Below, piece by piece: positions 14,097 through 27,048 of a stretch of DNA of 64,000 nucleotides; within the stretch, counting starts at the first letter, position 1; every line of letters starts with the position of its first letter. Below the pieces are notes generated by a model. It made no database searches. It was not told the DNA's origin and worked only from the letters and a program-made list of their open reading frames with translations. Made by a program: the position numbers and the translations under genes. The DNA is from Eledone cirrhosa (lineage: Eukaryota): NCBI GenBank assembly GCA_964016885.1, contig OZ024748.1:20646001-20710000 (forward strand), in the 5' to 3' direction.

Positions 14097-14340
14097 CTGT
14101 TGCTGGTGGAAAATTTACTGCTGCAGTAAATCCTAAAATACTGACTTTTTTTGTTCAATACCACAAATCTAATTGTTATAATTTGGATGCACAAAACAGG
14201 TGATCTCCAAGAACATGAACGATAATAGGAAATATTTGCAACATTAAGATTACTCAGCACCAAATGTATGGATCATATTTGGAATTCTGAGCTACATAGA
14301 ACATGCAAAATAACTCTAAGCTGATCTATCAACTGAAGTT
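14097..14340 (-). other. Candidate internal exon of a host gene (frame broken)
   Basis: tttctttag| acceptor and CAG|gtatga donor in non-repetitive DNA; no single open frame across it. Confidence 0.25.
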
Positions 14341-14782
14341 CTAAAGAAACATTAACACTGTCAAATGATGAACTAATACTGAATTGGAATGCAAGATGGA
14401 ATGGCTCTTTCAACGCATCTCCCTTACCATTCTTCGGAGAAACGCCTTCTCCATTCTGTCCACCAGGGCCGGGGGGGGGGGGAGCATGTGGGACCCCATT
14501 TACTCACAAAAACAGATGGGGAGGGCGAGAGATGGAGGCGATGACAGTAAGAGTTTGGCTCTTCCATGCTTGGACACATTGCACCCGTCATGTGGATCAT
14601 GGGATACGATATGTTGAATTTTTTCAGCAGCTCCAATGACGGTTTCCTGCTGTTATCTCTCCCATTCTTATCTTATTCGCATTATACTGTTTTGTGCAAA
14701 ACACAGCACACTTTCTATTACTTGAACAAATCTATTTCTATTCCCCTTACGATTACATACTGAAATATAGCAGTTACACTGC

Positions 14783-15318
14783 AACAAGGCAGCGTTACAT
14801 TACACATTCTAACAAGGCAGCGTTACATTACACATTCTAACAAGGCAGCGTTACATTACACATTCTAACAAGGCAGCGTTACATTACACATTCTAACAAG
14901 GCAGCGTTACATTACACATTCTAACAAGGCAGCGTTACATTACACATTCTAACAAGGCAGCGTTACATTACACATTCTAACAAGGCAGCGTTACATTACA
15001 CATTCTAACAAGGCAGCGTTACATTACACATTCTAACAAGGCAGCGTTACATTACACATTCTAACAAGGCAGCGTTACATTACACATTCTAACAAGGCAG
15101 CGTTACATTACACATTCTAACAAGGCAGCGTTACATTACACATTCTAACAAGGCAGCGTTACATTACACATTCTAACAAGGCAGCGTTACATTACACATT
15201 CTAACAAGGCAGCGTTACATTACACATTCTAACAAGGCAGCGTTACATTACACATTCTAACAAGGCAGCGTTACATTACACATTCTAACAAGGCAGCGTT
15301 ACACTGCACATCCTAACA
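14783..15318. repeat. Minisatellite, 28-bp unit x19
   Basis: AACAAGGCAGCGTTACATTACACATTCT, 18 apparently identical copies and one diverged terminal copy. Confidence 0.98.
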
Positions 15319-15518
15319 TCTATGCATGCACTAAACTAACGATATCACCAACATTTCTAGATGAAGAACATGAAGTATTAAATAAATGGTAGTGACGGAG
15401 TTAGGAATGAAATTGTGGTCATCTGTTCTGCAAGCAAATGATATCAGGATAATTTAACCATTTTCAAGCTGACAGTCAACTTTAAAATATCTGTTAACTG
15501 AATCATGTTAATGCTGTG

Positions 15519-15576
15519 TACGATGGCCGCCCCCTCGTTATCGAGTATGGCCATTGCACGAGGGGGAAAAAAAAAA

Positions 15577-15619
<43 letters not shown>

Positions 15620-16915
15620 CATACATACATACATACATAGTTATTAATGTATAACAATAACGACAACAATAATATACATATATATATATACACACATACA
15701 TGCACACAAACATATCTATACACACACACGATAGCAACTAACAGCGCTGCAATCAAATGTGGCTTTTTAGCCCAGCCAATGATCTAAATTGTCTTGTAGA
15801 GTCGGCAACCAAAACATTCACTGAGAATAATCGGCTGTGGTTGGAGTTCGCGTACTTTTGCATGTCGCTCGAGCTCTCCTGCTGATTTACATTCTCTACC
15901 ACATGTTTGGCAAGCATGATGAGTAGCATATCCAACAGCAGCCTGGTAGTCAACCACTGGTCTTACTTTATGACTGCGAAGATGACTTTCGAGTCCAGCT
16001 TTGCTTAGGCAGAGTCTCGCACAGACGCTGCATGTCAGCACCATAGGAGGACCCTCGCCGTCTGGAAGTGCAAGAGCAATGCCCTTCCGCACATCCTGCT
16101 TTACTTTCTCGTATGTGATTCGAGATGCCTCAAAGGTAACTTTTCCCCTCATACAGTCTTTCTCCATTTATTACCATCAGCAGCAATATTTTCCCATATA
16201 TCAGCAGAGATGTCAGCGTCTTTCAGAGAGGCTTTCAAGGAATCCTTATACCTCTTTTTTGGTTTATGTGGCGGTTGTTTTCCTTTAACCAACTCTCCAT
16301 AAAAGAGTCGTTTTGGTATTCTAGAATCCTTCATCCTGGCAAGGTGACCACTCCAACGGAGTCATTGCTTAAGCACAAGAGCTTCTATACTGTCACAGAG
16401 CTTTCCAAAATCGATATCACTGATGTGGTCCCTCCAGTGAACGCCATGGATCTGCCGAGACACATCTGATGGAAATGCTCCAATTGCTGAAGGTGGTGTC
16501 GATATGTGACCCAGGTCTCGCAGGCATAAAGAAGACAAGAGAGCACACATGCCCTGTACACCTTTACCTTTGTCCTCCTGCATATGTCTCGCCGACCCCA
16601 GATTCGCCTGTCTAGCTTTCCGAAAGCATCACTTGCTTTCCTAATGAGATTTCACCGTCAAGGTTGCCTTATCGATTGACAGTGCTTCCCAGGTAGACAA
16701 ACTGATCAACCACTCCAAGTCGTTTACCATACAGATATTTGGTTCAGTGTACTGCTTACCAGGGGCAGGTTGGTACATGGTTTTCTTGAGACTGACGGTC
16801 AATCCTAGGGCAGTGCAAGCATCAGAAAATGCATTCAAAATGTGCTGCATATCACTGTGCGCTACAAGATCGCAATCATCTGCATACAAGAGATCTCTTA
16901 TGATTGATGTAAATG
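15519..16915 (-). mobile_element. RTE-clade LINE, 5'-truncated, with C-terminal C2H2 zinc fingers
   Basis: LLYADDCDL, RIPKRLFYGELVKG..PKKRYKD, three CxxC..H motifs, microsatellite-rich 3' UTR, 3' stem-loop GGCCATACTCGATAACGAGGGGGCGGCC. Confidence 0.9.
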
Positions 16916-17334
16916 CTGTGTATACATGCATGTATACACACAGCATTAACCTATCCCTAAACCTTGTCAGTGAGAACATGACATTAACAAGTAAACTATC
17001 AACAGCTTATAGATTAAAATTATCTTTAATAACAGCATATATTAGACTATATAAGAAATTTAATGTAAATATAACTGCAGTGTTTTAAATATAGAAACCT
17101 AATTGAAAATAATGAAGTGTAAACACCTCACTATTCCCTCCGTGCACAAAAACAAGATTAATCTTTATACATTTCAGAGATTATTATCTGCTCATCAGAA
17201 AGTATGTACCCCAACGATTTTGCCTACCTAAGGTTCTCGATATGATTGTTTTCATCACTAGCTTGACATAACTAGCAGAGAAAGCTTGATGAGGATAAGG
17301 TCATGAAACACTTGCAATGGTCAATGGAACAATC

Positions 17335-17505
17335 GTTTCTACTGTTGGCACAAGGCCAGCAATTACTCCAGTGCATTACTGGTACTTCAGCTTTATTTCA
17401 TCCTTAAGGATGAAATAAAGCTAATCTTGGAATTTGAACTCAGAAAGTAAAGGGCCATAACTATGTTGCAAAGCATGGTGTCTAATGCTCTACTGATACT
17501 GCCAA
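17335..17505 (-). mobile_element. tRNA-derived SINE (CpG-decayed copy)
   Basis: Aligns with the SINE at 55165-55353 (GGCACAAGGCCAGC..AAGGATGAAA..TTTGAACTCAGAA). Confidence 0.8.
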
Positions 17506-17522
17506 TCAACAATAACATAGGG

Positions 17523-20500
17523 CAGTGGTCGCCAACATTGGTTCCGTAAAACAAACTCCGGGTTCCTTAAAAAAAATATTTACATTACCATTAATATTTT
17601 GGGTTTTCTGAATACGGTGCAAAGAAAATGCCAAAGGTGCAATGTATAAATGAACAAGTACTATTGTAGTGTACACAGGTTCTCCACTCCAATTCGTGGA
17701 AAACACTTTCAGTTTCTCACTTGAATTAGCAGAAAAACACTTCCGAGATTCGTGGATATTGAATACTTTCAATTTCACATCAATTCTTGGAAAGAGTTTT
17801 CTGAATTCTGAGAATTTGACTACTGATAATACACTAATTGAACTTAGAAATTGACCAATCACGAACAAGTAAATGTTGGTCGATGACAGCATAACTTTAA
17901 ACTGAAAACTTCAGTTCAGCGAGGTCTCTCAGCCAAGAGGCAGGGTCAGTTCGCTGTTCTCACAACGTAGTTCAATAGAGAACACGTTTTAATCTACTAC
18001 CCTCACAAAAGCTTTAAAGTCGTCTAAAGTTTCCTCACTGAGTGAACTCGCTTACTAGTCGTTTTCAACATGCATCCAGTTCCACAGACAATTCTAAATA
18101 AGAACACGTTACATTCTGTTGTACTTTGCACAGAAAATATAACGCCTGTAAAGTTTTGACTACTAACAAAGGTAATTTTGTATTCCATGCATACACTATA
18201 AACTTTGCCACACAATTATGTATTCATTTGATGAAATATATTTACATTACCAATAATATTTAATACGACCCTAAAGTAGTATATGCAGGAAGTGCTGGAC
18301 TCTGAAAATATTTCTTCTAGTTCATAAATTTGCACCTTTTTCAGTAACTCAATATTTTAATATTATTATAAGACTTTAAATAATATGTTTGCCATCCTAA
18401 AATGGAGAAATTTCAATTTTTTAAATTTCAATTTTTTTTTAACTAGTTAAGTTTTTCCAAATATCTCAATTTAAAGTTAATTTAAGTACTTTTTGTAATT
18501 AAAAAACTTAATTTCTCTTGTTTATTAATGTCATATTAAAAATGTTAACTGTAGATAGACTTGACGTCTATTATTAAGAAGCTGGAGTTAGATACCGGCA
18601 GTAAGGTTAGACAGTGGTGTGATGATTATGTTAGATATGGATTTCAAAAAGCTGACACTAAAAAGGATACACCAGATCAGCCCATGTGTTTGCTATGTTC
18701 AAAAGTTCTAACAAATAGCTGTTTAAATCCTGAAAAACTTAAAAGACACATTGATACTAATCACACCAATGATAAAAACAAGTCACTGGAATACTTTACT
18801 TTGCTGAAAAACATCAAAAAATCACAAGCTAATATGTATGACTTGTTTTGTAAAAAGTCGGATAGAAATAAAGCTTTAACAAGAACATCTTTTGAGATTT
18901 CACATTTGATTGGTAAAAACAAGAAACCATTTACATTAGGAGAACAGTTAATTCTGCCAAGTATAAAAATTGCTACAGAGAATCTTTTTGAAAGCTGCAG
19001 TATTAAGGACAAAGAAAAATTAAGCCAGTTACCATTGTCAGCAAATACCGTAAAAAAAGGGATAATTGATATTTCTTCCGATATAGAAAATCAGATACTA
19101 ACTGCACTAAAGAAATGCCCATATTTTGGACTGCAAGTGGACGAAACAAGGCTCAATTTGCTCTGTACGGTTTGTAGACCTTGATAAAAAAAGAATTAGT
19201 AGAAGAGTATTTGTTTTGTCTGGCATTAGATATCAACTAACGGTCAAGATATATTCAATAAAATTGAAGAGTATTTTTTTTTTAAATGGTGTATCTTGGA
19301 GCAAGTTTACTTCAATAACAGATGGAACAGCTGCAATGACTAGTAAAAATTCTGGTTTGATTGCAAAAATTAAAGAACAGACCCCAAATTGTATTTCAAA
19401 TCATTGTATGATTCATCGAGAGGTTGTGTTAAAAAAATTCAAAGACAGATGCTCAAATATTAAATGACCAGCTGAAAGACATTGTCAAAATTATCAACTT
19501 GATCCATGCAAGAGCAAAAAATTCTAGAATGTTTGAATCTATTTGTGAATCTTCTGGAAGTAATTATAATAGATTGTTATTGAACAATCATGTGCGTTGG
19601 CTGTCTTTTGGGGATGCTATGAAGAGAGTTTTTGAACTGAGAGAACAAAGTTTTTCTAAAAAAACAGAATGATGAAAGAGCAAGTGTATTAGAAACCAAT
19701 GAATGGAATGTGCAACTCGCTTATTTAGTAGACATTTTTGGTGAACTGAACAAACTAAATAAGTGTCTTCAGGGTAACAATGCAGATATTTTTTACTTCA
19801 ATCAATTTTATTACATATTTTCAATCAAAATTAAACATCTTTATAAAAAGAATTGAATCGGACAATTACTTTCAAACCTTGAAATAGAGCTTAAAAAGAA
19901 AATTTTGACTCCAGCAATCTAAAGAAGATTATTCTTTCTCATTTAAACATGCTTTCCACAGGTTTTTCAGATTATTTTGATGGAAAGAGATATTGTTAGC
20001 GGAAATTTATGGATAAAAAACCCATTCACCAAGATTGAGCAGTTAGTCAGAAAATGACGCTGGAAATTGTAAAAATTTACTACCTGCCAATGCTTACATC
20101 AGTTGATGGATTTGAATTCAAACAAAGACCTGAAAGTGATATTCGAAAGCAGAAAGAAAGAACTATGGATCGACTTATTCTTGATTGGGGAGTAATGAAA
20201 TCAGCCAACTTGCATTGAAGTATTTGACTTTATTCCCATCTAGCTATTTGTGCGAAAAAGGGTTTTCGCAGTTGGTGGAAATCTGCACAAAGAAGAGGAA
20301 TAAACTGTCAGCAATTGACGAGTGTATGAGACTGGCATTAACTAGTGTTGAACCTCGATTTTCTAAACTCACTGACGAGGCGCAGCAGCAGTAAAGCCAT
20401 TGTGTTCGATTACATACACACGCATGAAACACTAAAATAAATAAATACTTTATTATTTTTTTTGAAAAGTTTTGTATTGTATAGGTTCCGTGAAGAATTC

Positions 20501-20547
20501 AAAATATTTAGAGGGTTCCTCAGTTTTAGAAAGGTTGGCGACCACTG
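17523..20547 (+). mobile_element. hAT (Charlie/Buster) DNA transposon, apparently full length, 3.0 kb
   Basis: Perfect 14-bp TIRs CAGTGGTCGCCAAC / GTTGGCGACCACTG, subterminal GGTTCC motifs, imperfect 8-bp TSD ACATAGGG/ACATTGGC. Confidence 0.93.
18561..20394 (+). pseudogene. Frameshifted Buster/Charlie-type transposase
   Basis: BED-like finger (PMCLLCSKVL..KLKRH..H), KPFTLGEQLILP, LQVDE, TDGTAAM, HCMIHRE, VRWLS, FPSSYLCEKGFSQL across several frames. Confidence 0.92.
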
Positions 20548-20802
20548 ACATTGGCGAGTATTGACAACATTGAAGATGGGTTATATATTCATTAGTTATA
20601 CTTTCATTAAATTTAAATGCAAGCTCAATTTTTTTGTCTACATTGTAGACAACCTATTCAACTAAAGTAACCCAATTCTATGGCAGAAGAAATATTTTTA
20701 GATAAACTGAATTGTGACAACTCAGATTTATATTTAAACAATTGAAATGGAATTAAAAATTTGTAAGGAAATTGACAATTATATTTCAAATTTCTTGATT
20801 AG

Positions 20803-20836
<34 letters not shown>

Positions 20837-21018
20837 AGCAGGCTTTCCATAAAGTTATATATCATAGGAAATTTTTTCAGATGTTTTTATATGTCATGAC
20901 TTTTGAGGTGGTGGGCTAACTTTCCCGGTGATAAGAAATGCGAGTTGACCTTGACATTTAAACAGAATTAATGTGTAAGATATTCTGCCCTATATTATAA
21001 TAATTTTGACATTCCACA

Positions 21019-21861
21019 TAGAAGGCAATCACATATGCTCAAACATTTCATTTCAGTAGCGAGGACTAAGTGTCTAAAGTTTTGATCGTTTTGTCAATAC
21101 ACTTAAGGTACCAACAAAAATAACACTGGTAGAGTAGAGAGTAGAGAGTATGGGCCATAAAAGTGAATGCTGAGCATGGGACAACTTCTTGGACTCAATT
21201 GTCATGGGTGACGAAACCTGGATGTTTCACTTTACACCAGAGACCAAACGACAATCACAAGTGGCAGCATCCCTCTTTGCCCAAGCCGCAAAATTCAAAC
21301 AAACAGTCTGCCAGTAAAGTCACGAGTTTTGGGGACCGGAAGGGGGGTTTTGTTGGTCGAATTTATGCCTGCTGGGACCACAATAAACGCTGACAGGTAC
21401 TGTGAAACACTGAAAAAAAAAAAAAAATCAGAACGGCAATTCAGAACCGGAGAAGCGGAATGTTGAGCAAGGGCGTAAGCATTCCCCACGACAACACTCG
21501 CCCAACAAACCGTCGCTCTCCTGCAAAACTTTGGTTGGAACATCACCCACTCACCCTATAGTCCGTACTTGGCACCCAGTGACTATCACCTGTTCCCTAA
21601 GTTGAAAGAACATTTGGCCAGAAGGTGATTCTGCTCCAACGAAGAGGTGAAAGATGGGGTTCAACGCTTTCTGGAAGACATGGCGGCAAGCTGGTATGAC
21701 CTGGGCATACAAAAACTGCCACAGCGTCTACAAAAATGCATCAACCGAAATGGCAATTATGTAGAAAAATAATTGTTCAACCTTTAAAATGTAAATATAG
21801 AAAATAAACAGTTTGTATTTCTAAAAAAAAAGGAGACCTTACTTTCGGGATTGCCTTCGTA
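21019..21861 (+). mobile_element. Mariner element (second family), catalytic domain retained but degenerate
   Basis: GDETW, HDN, PYSPYLAPSDYHLF, KCINRNGNYVEK*; right TIR ...GGATTGCCTTCGTA, short left remnant TAGAAGGCAATC. Confidence 0.88.
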
Positions 21862-21869
21862 AAAAGTTA

Positions 21870-22325
21870 ACATTAAAGAATATGGTTTAGCAATGAAAAT
21901 GTGAATTTTTTTTATGCCAAGAATAAAATATCTGGGGCAAATTATTGACAAAAATGGACGAAGCCCAGCCCCGTCAATTTCAATAAAAAATATACCTGCC
22001 CTAACAAACATTAAAACTTTACAAGCATTTTTAGGGCCACAAATCACTACCAGTTATACATACCAAATACATGATTTGAGAGAACCTTTAAATAACTTTT
22101 AAAAAATAAATAAAAAATAAAAAACATGTTAAATGGAACTGGTCAGAGATGTTCCAAAAAGGTTACGAGGAGATTAAAAGCATCCTAACTTCAGATTTGT
22201 CATTACATTTTGACCCCAAATTAGAAATTGTGGTTGCATCAGACATGAGTGGAAAGGGTACAGATGCTGTGATTCGACATAAATATGAAGATTGAAGTTT
22301 AAAAGCTGTAGCTCATGCTTCAGAG
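21870..22325 (+). mobile_element. Gypsy pol fragment (RT C-terminus / RNase H)
   Basis: KCEFFMPRIKYLGQII, LQAFLG, LLHFDPKLEIVVASD, AVAHASR. Confidence 0.85.
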
Positions 22326-23062
22326 ATAGAAGCTCAAACCTAAAGATGTGACTAACCATTTCAGTGATTAGTCTGGCCATGCTTGGGTCACATCCCCCTT
22401 AATGGAATTTTTGCTGATTACACAACCTTCAGTACTGTCTGGTACTTATATCTTATTTCACCATTCTTATAAGATACAAGAGATATTGGTATATAAGATA
22501 TATCAGACACAAATACAGTATTTTTCCAAATTCCAATCGCTTCTTGCCCTGAACTCCATTTCCTGAAGAAATGCCTTCCCTCCAAAGCACTACACCCTCC
22601 TTTACTTCCTCCTAAGTATTATGCTAAGACTTTTAGTGAGTTTGTCATAGGGTTATTTACTCCAGTAAATACCACTGCATGCCAACCACTAATTTAATTT
22701 GATAGAATTTATATAAAAGAACTTTTGTAATTTTCCTTGGTTAGAATTATCTCTTCATTCGAAGTAATATGAAGCAAGACGAATAACTCAAAACAAGTAT
22801 CAATAACAATGTATTTATTGTGCGTGTATTACAATTTGGTAACAAAACGCACCTTGTTACATGATAGTGATAGAAGTGTAATCCTCAAATGCAAGATAAG
22901 ATTAGAAAAAGCTTAACATATTTGCGCTCATGTGTGGTCAGTTCAAGAGCCTGTTGCCAAAGAGAGAAAGATTGATCTTTGCTCTTTTATAATACCGGGA
23001 ACGGAAGTTCAAGGAATATTCTAGAAGTTCTACGGGAAGTAACTAGCTACTTCCCTTTGCCT

Positions 23063-23790
23063 GGCCCTTTTTAGTCGTGGGTTCACATATATTGACCTGT
23101 ATCGATCGTTTCTCTCGGTGGTCTGAAGCCATACCCCGGGTGGACATAACAGCTGAGTCCGTTGCCCGAGCTTTCATTTCCAATTGGATTGCTCACTTTG
23201 GTGTTCCTTCTAAAATAACCACGGATCGAGGACGCTAGTTCTAGGCTTCCTTATTTCGTGAAATATCACAACTCTTGGGTGCTCATCACATTCATACAAC
23301 CAGCTATCACCCAGCCTCCAATAGAATGGTGGAGAGGTTTCACAGAGTTGAAAGCTGCACTCCGCGCTACTCTGATCTGCAACGTTGGACCGAATTTTTG
23401 CCAATCATGCTTCTTGATTGTTCTGCCGTTAAGACAGATTTGGGTTTCTCATCAGCTGAACTTCTTTACGGTACCACCTTGAATCTTCCCGGTCAAATAC
23501 TAGCACTGGTTGATTTGTCGCATCTTGATCCAACATCATATGTCACCAGGATTCATTCTTACTTCTCGGATCTTCCACCAATGAACCCTCATGACCAGTC
23601 TATTTCCTCTGCTGTTCCATCAGATATCTACGTGGACACATTTTTATACAGAATGATTCCATCAAGGGACTGCTTACGTCACCCTATAATGGACATTTTC
23701 GTGTGCTTTCACACACCAAAACATTTCACAGTGGCTGTCAATGGTCGAAAAGAGAATATCGATTGACAGAGCAAAGAGGGCTTTCTCTGA
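23063..23790 (+). pseudogene. Gypsy-type integrase (rve core and GPY/F region), degenerate
   Basis: [64 protein letters not shown]. Confidence 0.9.
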
Positions 23791-24255
23791 AAGTCTCATT
23801 GCAATGCCTGACACGCCTCGTACATTCACTCCTATACCAACACTGCAAACACTACATACCACAACCTTGTGTCACACGAAGTGGCAGAACAGTAAAATGG
23901 TGGCATCAACAAACTTTTCAGGTTCACATACAATTAGTGTCAGAAAAGTCTGAAAACTGGTGATTATGAACTATTTGATTTTGAAGAAACCATTGAGCAT
24001 TAATTTTTTTCTCTGCTCCTTTATGGTACCTTTGAATTATCAGTTTTATGATATTTACATTTTTTCTGCATCATCCTTGTGCAGCAAAAATTCTTTGTAA
24101 AATGCTTTTACTTGTTTTGTACCTTTTTGCTATTTGCTTCAGTTGCGAGCTCATGTTTTATTCATGCACTTTCTTGTACGTTTGCTTCTCATTTCTTACG
24201 GGTTCTCGCTACAATGACCTTCGGTTGGTTGTTCGACTTCTCGTCTGAGGAGTCT

Positions 24256-24535
24256 CGTAGCGCTCTCTAGACAATGGGAAGTAGCTAGAGTTACTACCCG
24301 TAGAATTTCTAGAATATTCCTTGAACTTCCATTCCAGTATTATAAAAGAGCAAAGATCAATCTTTCTTTGGCAACAGGCTCTTGAACTGACCACAAATAT
24401 GTTAAGCTTTTTCCAATTCTATCTTGCATTTCAGGATTACACTATCATGTAACAAGGTGCGTTGTTACCAAATTGTAATACATGCACAATACAAATTGTT
24501 ATTGATACTCGTTTTGAGTTATTCGACATGCTTCA
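24256..24535 (+). mobile_element. 3' LTR of the Gypsy element
   Basis: Follows the integrase, a T-rich UTR and a purine tract; (C)GTAGC...GCTTCA termini; TATAAAAG box; AATAAA retained in the inverted copy. Confidence 0.65.
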
Positions 24536-24699
24536 ATTATTATTTTGAATGTAGAGAGATAATTCTAACCAAGGAAAATTACACAAAAGTTCTATATAAA
24601 TTCTATCAAATTAAATTAGTGGTTGGCATGCAGTGGTATTTACTGGAGTAAATAACCCTAAGACCACTGCATTGTCATTTCTCTGTATATGGAGTGAAC

Positions 24700-24955
24700 C
24701 ATGCTCAATATTACCTTATGTGACAGTAAGAGCAACACCTGGAGTTGCCAGCAGACTGGTGGGAAAGACATCACTGAGAACAAGGGCAAAGATATGGGCT
24801 GGCTATGTGCCACACTAAAGACAACAGGTGGACAGTGGATATCAAAGCAGGGGAGAAAAACCAGAGGTCAGCCAAAGCTGGTGTAACAATAACAAACAGA
24901 AGCAGCGACAACCTGGGGAAATTTCCTCCAACAGTAGTGGGAAAGCCCTGGATAC
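24700..24955 (+). mobile_element. Old RTE-like LINE 3' remnant
   Basis: WAGYV and RKTRGQP resemble the WAGHV..R.RGRP C-terminal motif. Confidence 0.5.
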
Positions 24956-25919
24956 ACACACACAATAGGACCAGATAAGTTAACATGAATTTCCTTGTTT
25001 CGCCATGCAAATCTAAAAAACATCAAGATTTAGGAGCGTAACAATTTCACAAATTACATATTTAGCCAAAGATATTTAGCAAATTAATGACTCATGCCAA
25101 TAAAACACCAACTGTATTACCAAGAAAATACTGGATTGAAGACAAGAGCACACGAAGAGTTAGCCATTGCAGATGTAGAGAGAACTATCAATCGGTAAGA
25201 TCCCAGACTCCATTCGCTCTACCGAGTTACGTGGAAACCAAATCAGACCAAGGAAACAATGTTTACATTAGTCTTGCTATTGCTGATACTATCTACTGGT
25301 TACAACTCCTGGCAGAAGGAGCAATGTGAAATAAAGTGTCTTGCTCAAGGACATAACATTGCCCTGTCTGGGAATCAAAACCTCATTGCAAATAATTCCT
25401 TAACCACTAACCCATGTATCTATACAAGAGTGGTAGCAACACAAAAATTAAAAAGCTCAACACTACACCATCTAATTTCATATTTGCAATAAGATAAAAT
25501 TGCAAGTTTTGTTTTTATTTAGAAAGGTCTTGCCATGAAAGATGCTGCCCATCTTTATAGGCCTTAAGACAATGCTGGGGACAGCTTGGGTGGGTGGAGT
25601 TGGAGGACTTACCAGAATATCTAAAGAAAAGAAAAGCTTTTAAATAGTCACTTGCTTTGCTAGAAATAGAATATTCATTAAATCACATCCAGCTGTCTTA
25701 AGACATTTGATACCATACAACTAAAAGACCCCCCCCCCCTTCCCTGCCATTCCTCCGAAAAGCTCATGGCTGGACTGTATGGTCATAACTCTGCTCAAGC
25801 AAAACTCACCTAGGGCTAAACAACTACTACATGAGATAAGGCCAGAATTCTGGTTAAAAAAAAAAAAAAAAAAAAATGAATGTCACCAGGAAAGACATCC
25901 ACCAAGTCATGAAATATTG

Positions 25920-26569
25920 TCAGTTACAAAGAAGGAATCGACCAATTTCAATGGAAATGTAAGGTACGCAGTTTAAAAAAAATCTGTCCGTTCTGGGGTT
26001 TTTGTTTTTTTTTCGGAGCCACTTAGATTTACATCAAATGATTTATATAATTTACTTCTGGTCAATTGGGTCCGAAAATATTATTGCTGACGAGATTCGG
26101 TGTAGTGAAAACTACATTACTGACTGGTGCAACTTTTTACGGGACGTGTGCAGTGAATGGGTGGAGCGAAACCCATCAAAACTGTGGAATGGATGCCGCC
26201 GGAGTCCCAATAGATGTACAAATCGATGAAAGTAAATACTTTCATCGAAAGTACGCTCGTGGGACCTGGCATGAAGGCCATTGGGTCATTGGTGGGATCG
26301 ATACCAATAATCCCAGAAAAATTTTTCTTGAAGTCCCAGATCGCACTTCTGAGACCCTGCTACCCATTATACAAAACCATGTGCCGAGTGGATCCATGAT
26401 ACATACGGACCAATGGCGTACGTACAATCCCATACAACATGCCTGTTAATTATCAGCACTACAGTGAATCATTCACTAAATTTTGTCGATCCGGTATCAG
26501 GAACGCATACCCAACACATTGAAGGACTCTGGTCTCATGCAAAAAAAAAAAAAATAAATAAAAATAAAT
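25920..26569 (+). mobile_element. Merlin (IS1595/ISXO2-like) transposase fragment
   Basis: [78 protein letters not shown]. Confidence 0.92.
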
Positions 26570-27048
26570 AAATGAATGTCACTAGGAAAGACATCCACCA
26601 AGTCATGAAATATTGCTTCAAAAAGGAATCTGATGAATATGGTTATAAATGTGTGAGGGGAATAGTGCAAATCTGGTTAAACAATGGAACAGTTCAGACT
26701 TCAGTAGCACATACTAATGACCACAAAAGGAAAGTGTCTAGCCATTTTAACCAAAAAAAAAAAAAAATAAAAATAAAAAATCCTATATACAAACAATTAT
26801 AAAATGCTATTCCAGCCATGTGCATCCAGTTGAGCCAAATTTTAATTTAATAAACTTCTACCATCAGGTATATTTAATATAAATAATAATTATATCTTTA
26901 AATATAACATTAATAATGTTATTCCAACTAGTTAACTAAGAGAAATCTTGCTAAGAAATGAAATTGAACTTAGAGCAGCTAGGTTACCTTGTAAACTGAC
27001 CAGTGAATCAGCCAAAACAGTGAAATTACCAGTCTATCTTATCAAGCT

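Larger units (their letters stand above)
22643..24665. mobile_element. Composite element bounded by ~400-bp inverted repeats (22643-23063 / 24267-24665)
   Basis: Arms align in reverse complement along their whole length with scattered indels; left end TGTCATAGGG, right end CCCTAAGAC. Confidence 0.85.

Noticed and set aside
14783-15318. 28-bp array as a CRISPR
   Set aside because: Units are directly adjacent with no unique spacers, no cas genes, eukaryotic context
18561-20394. Domesticated ZBED-type host gene
   Set aside because: Multiple frameshifts and intact TIRs/TSD indicate a transposon copy
21870-24535. RT/RNase H fragment and integrase as one intact Gypsy provirus
   Set aside because: Separated by unrelated DNA and an inverted LTR arm; no gag, 5' LTR or PBS; common origin cannot be shown
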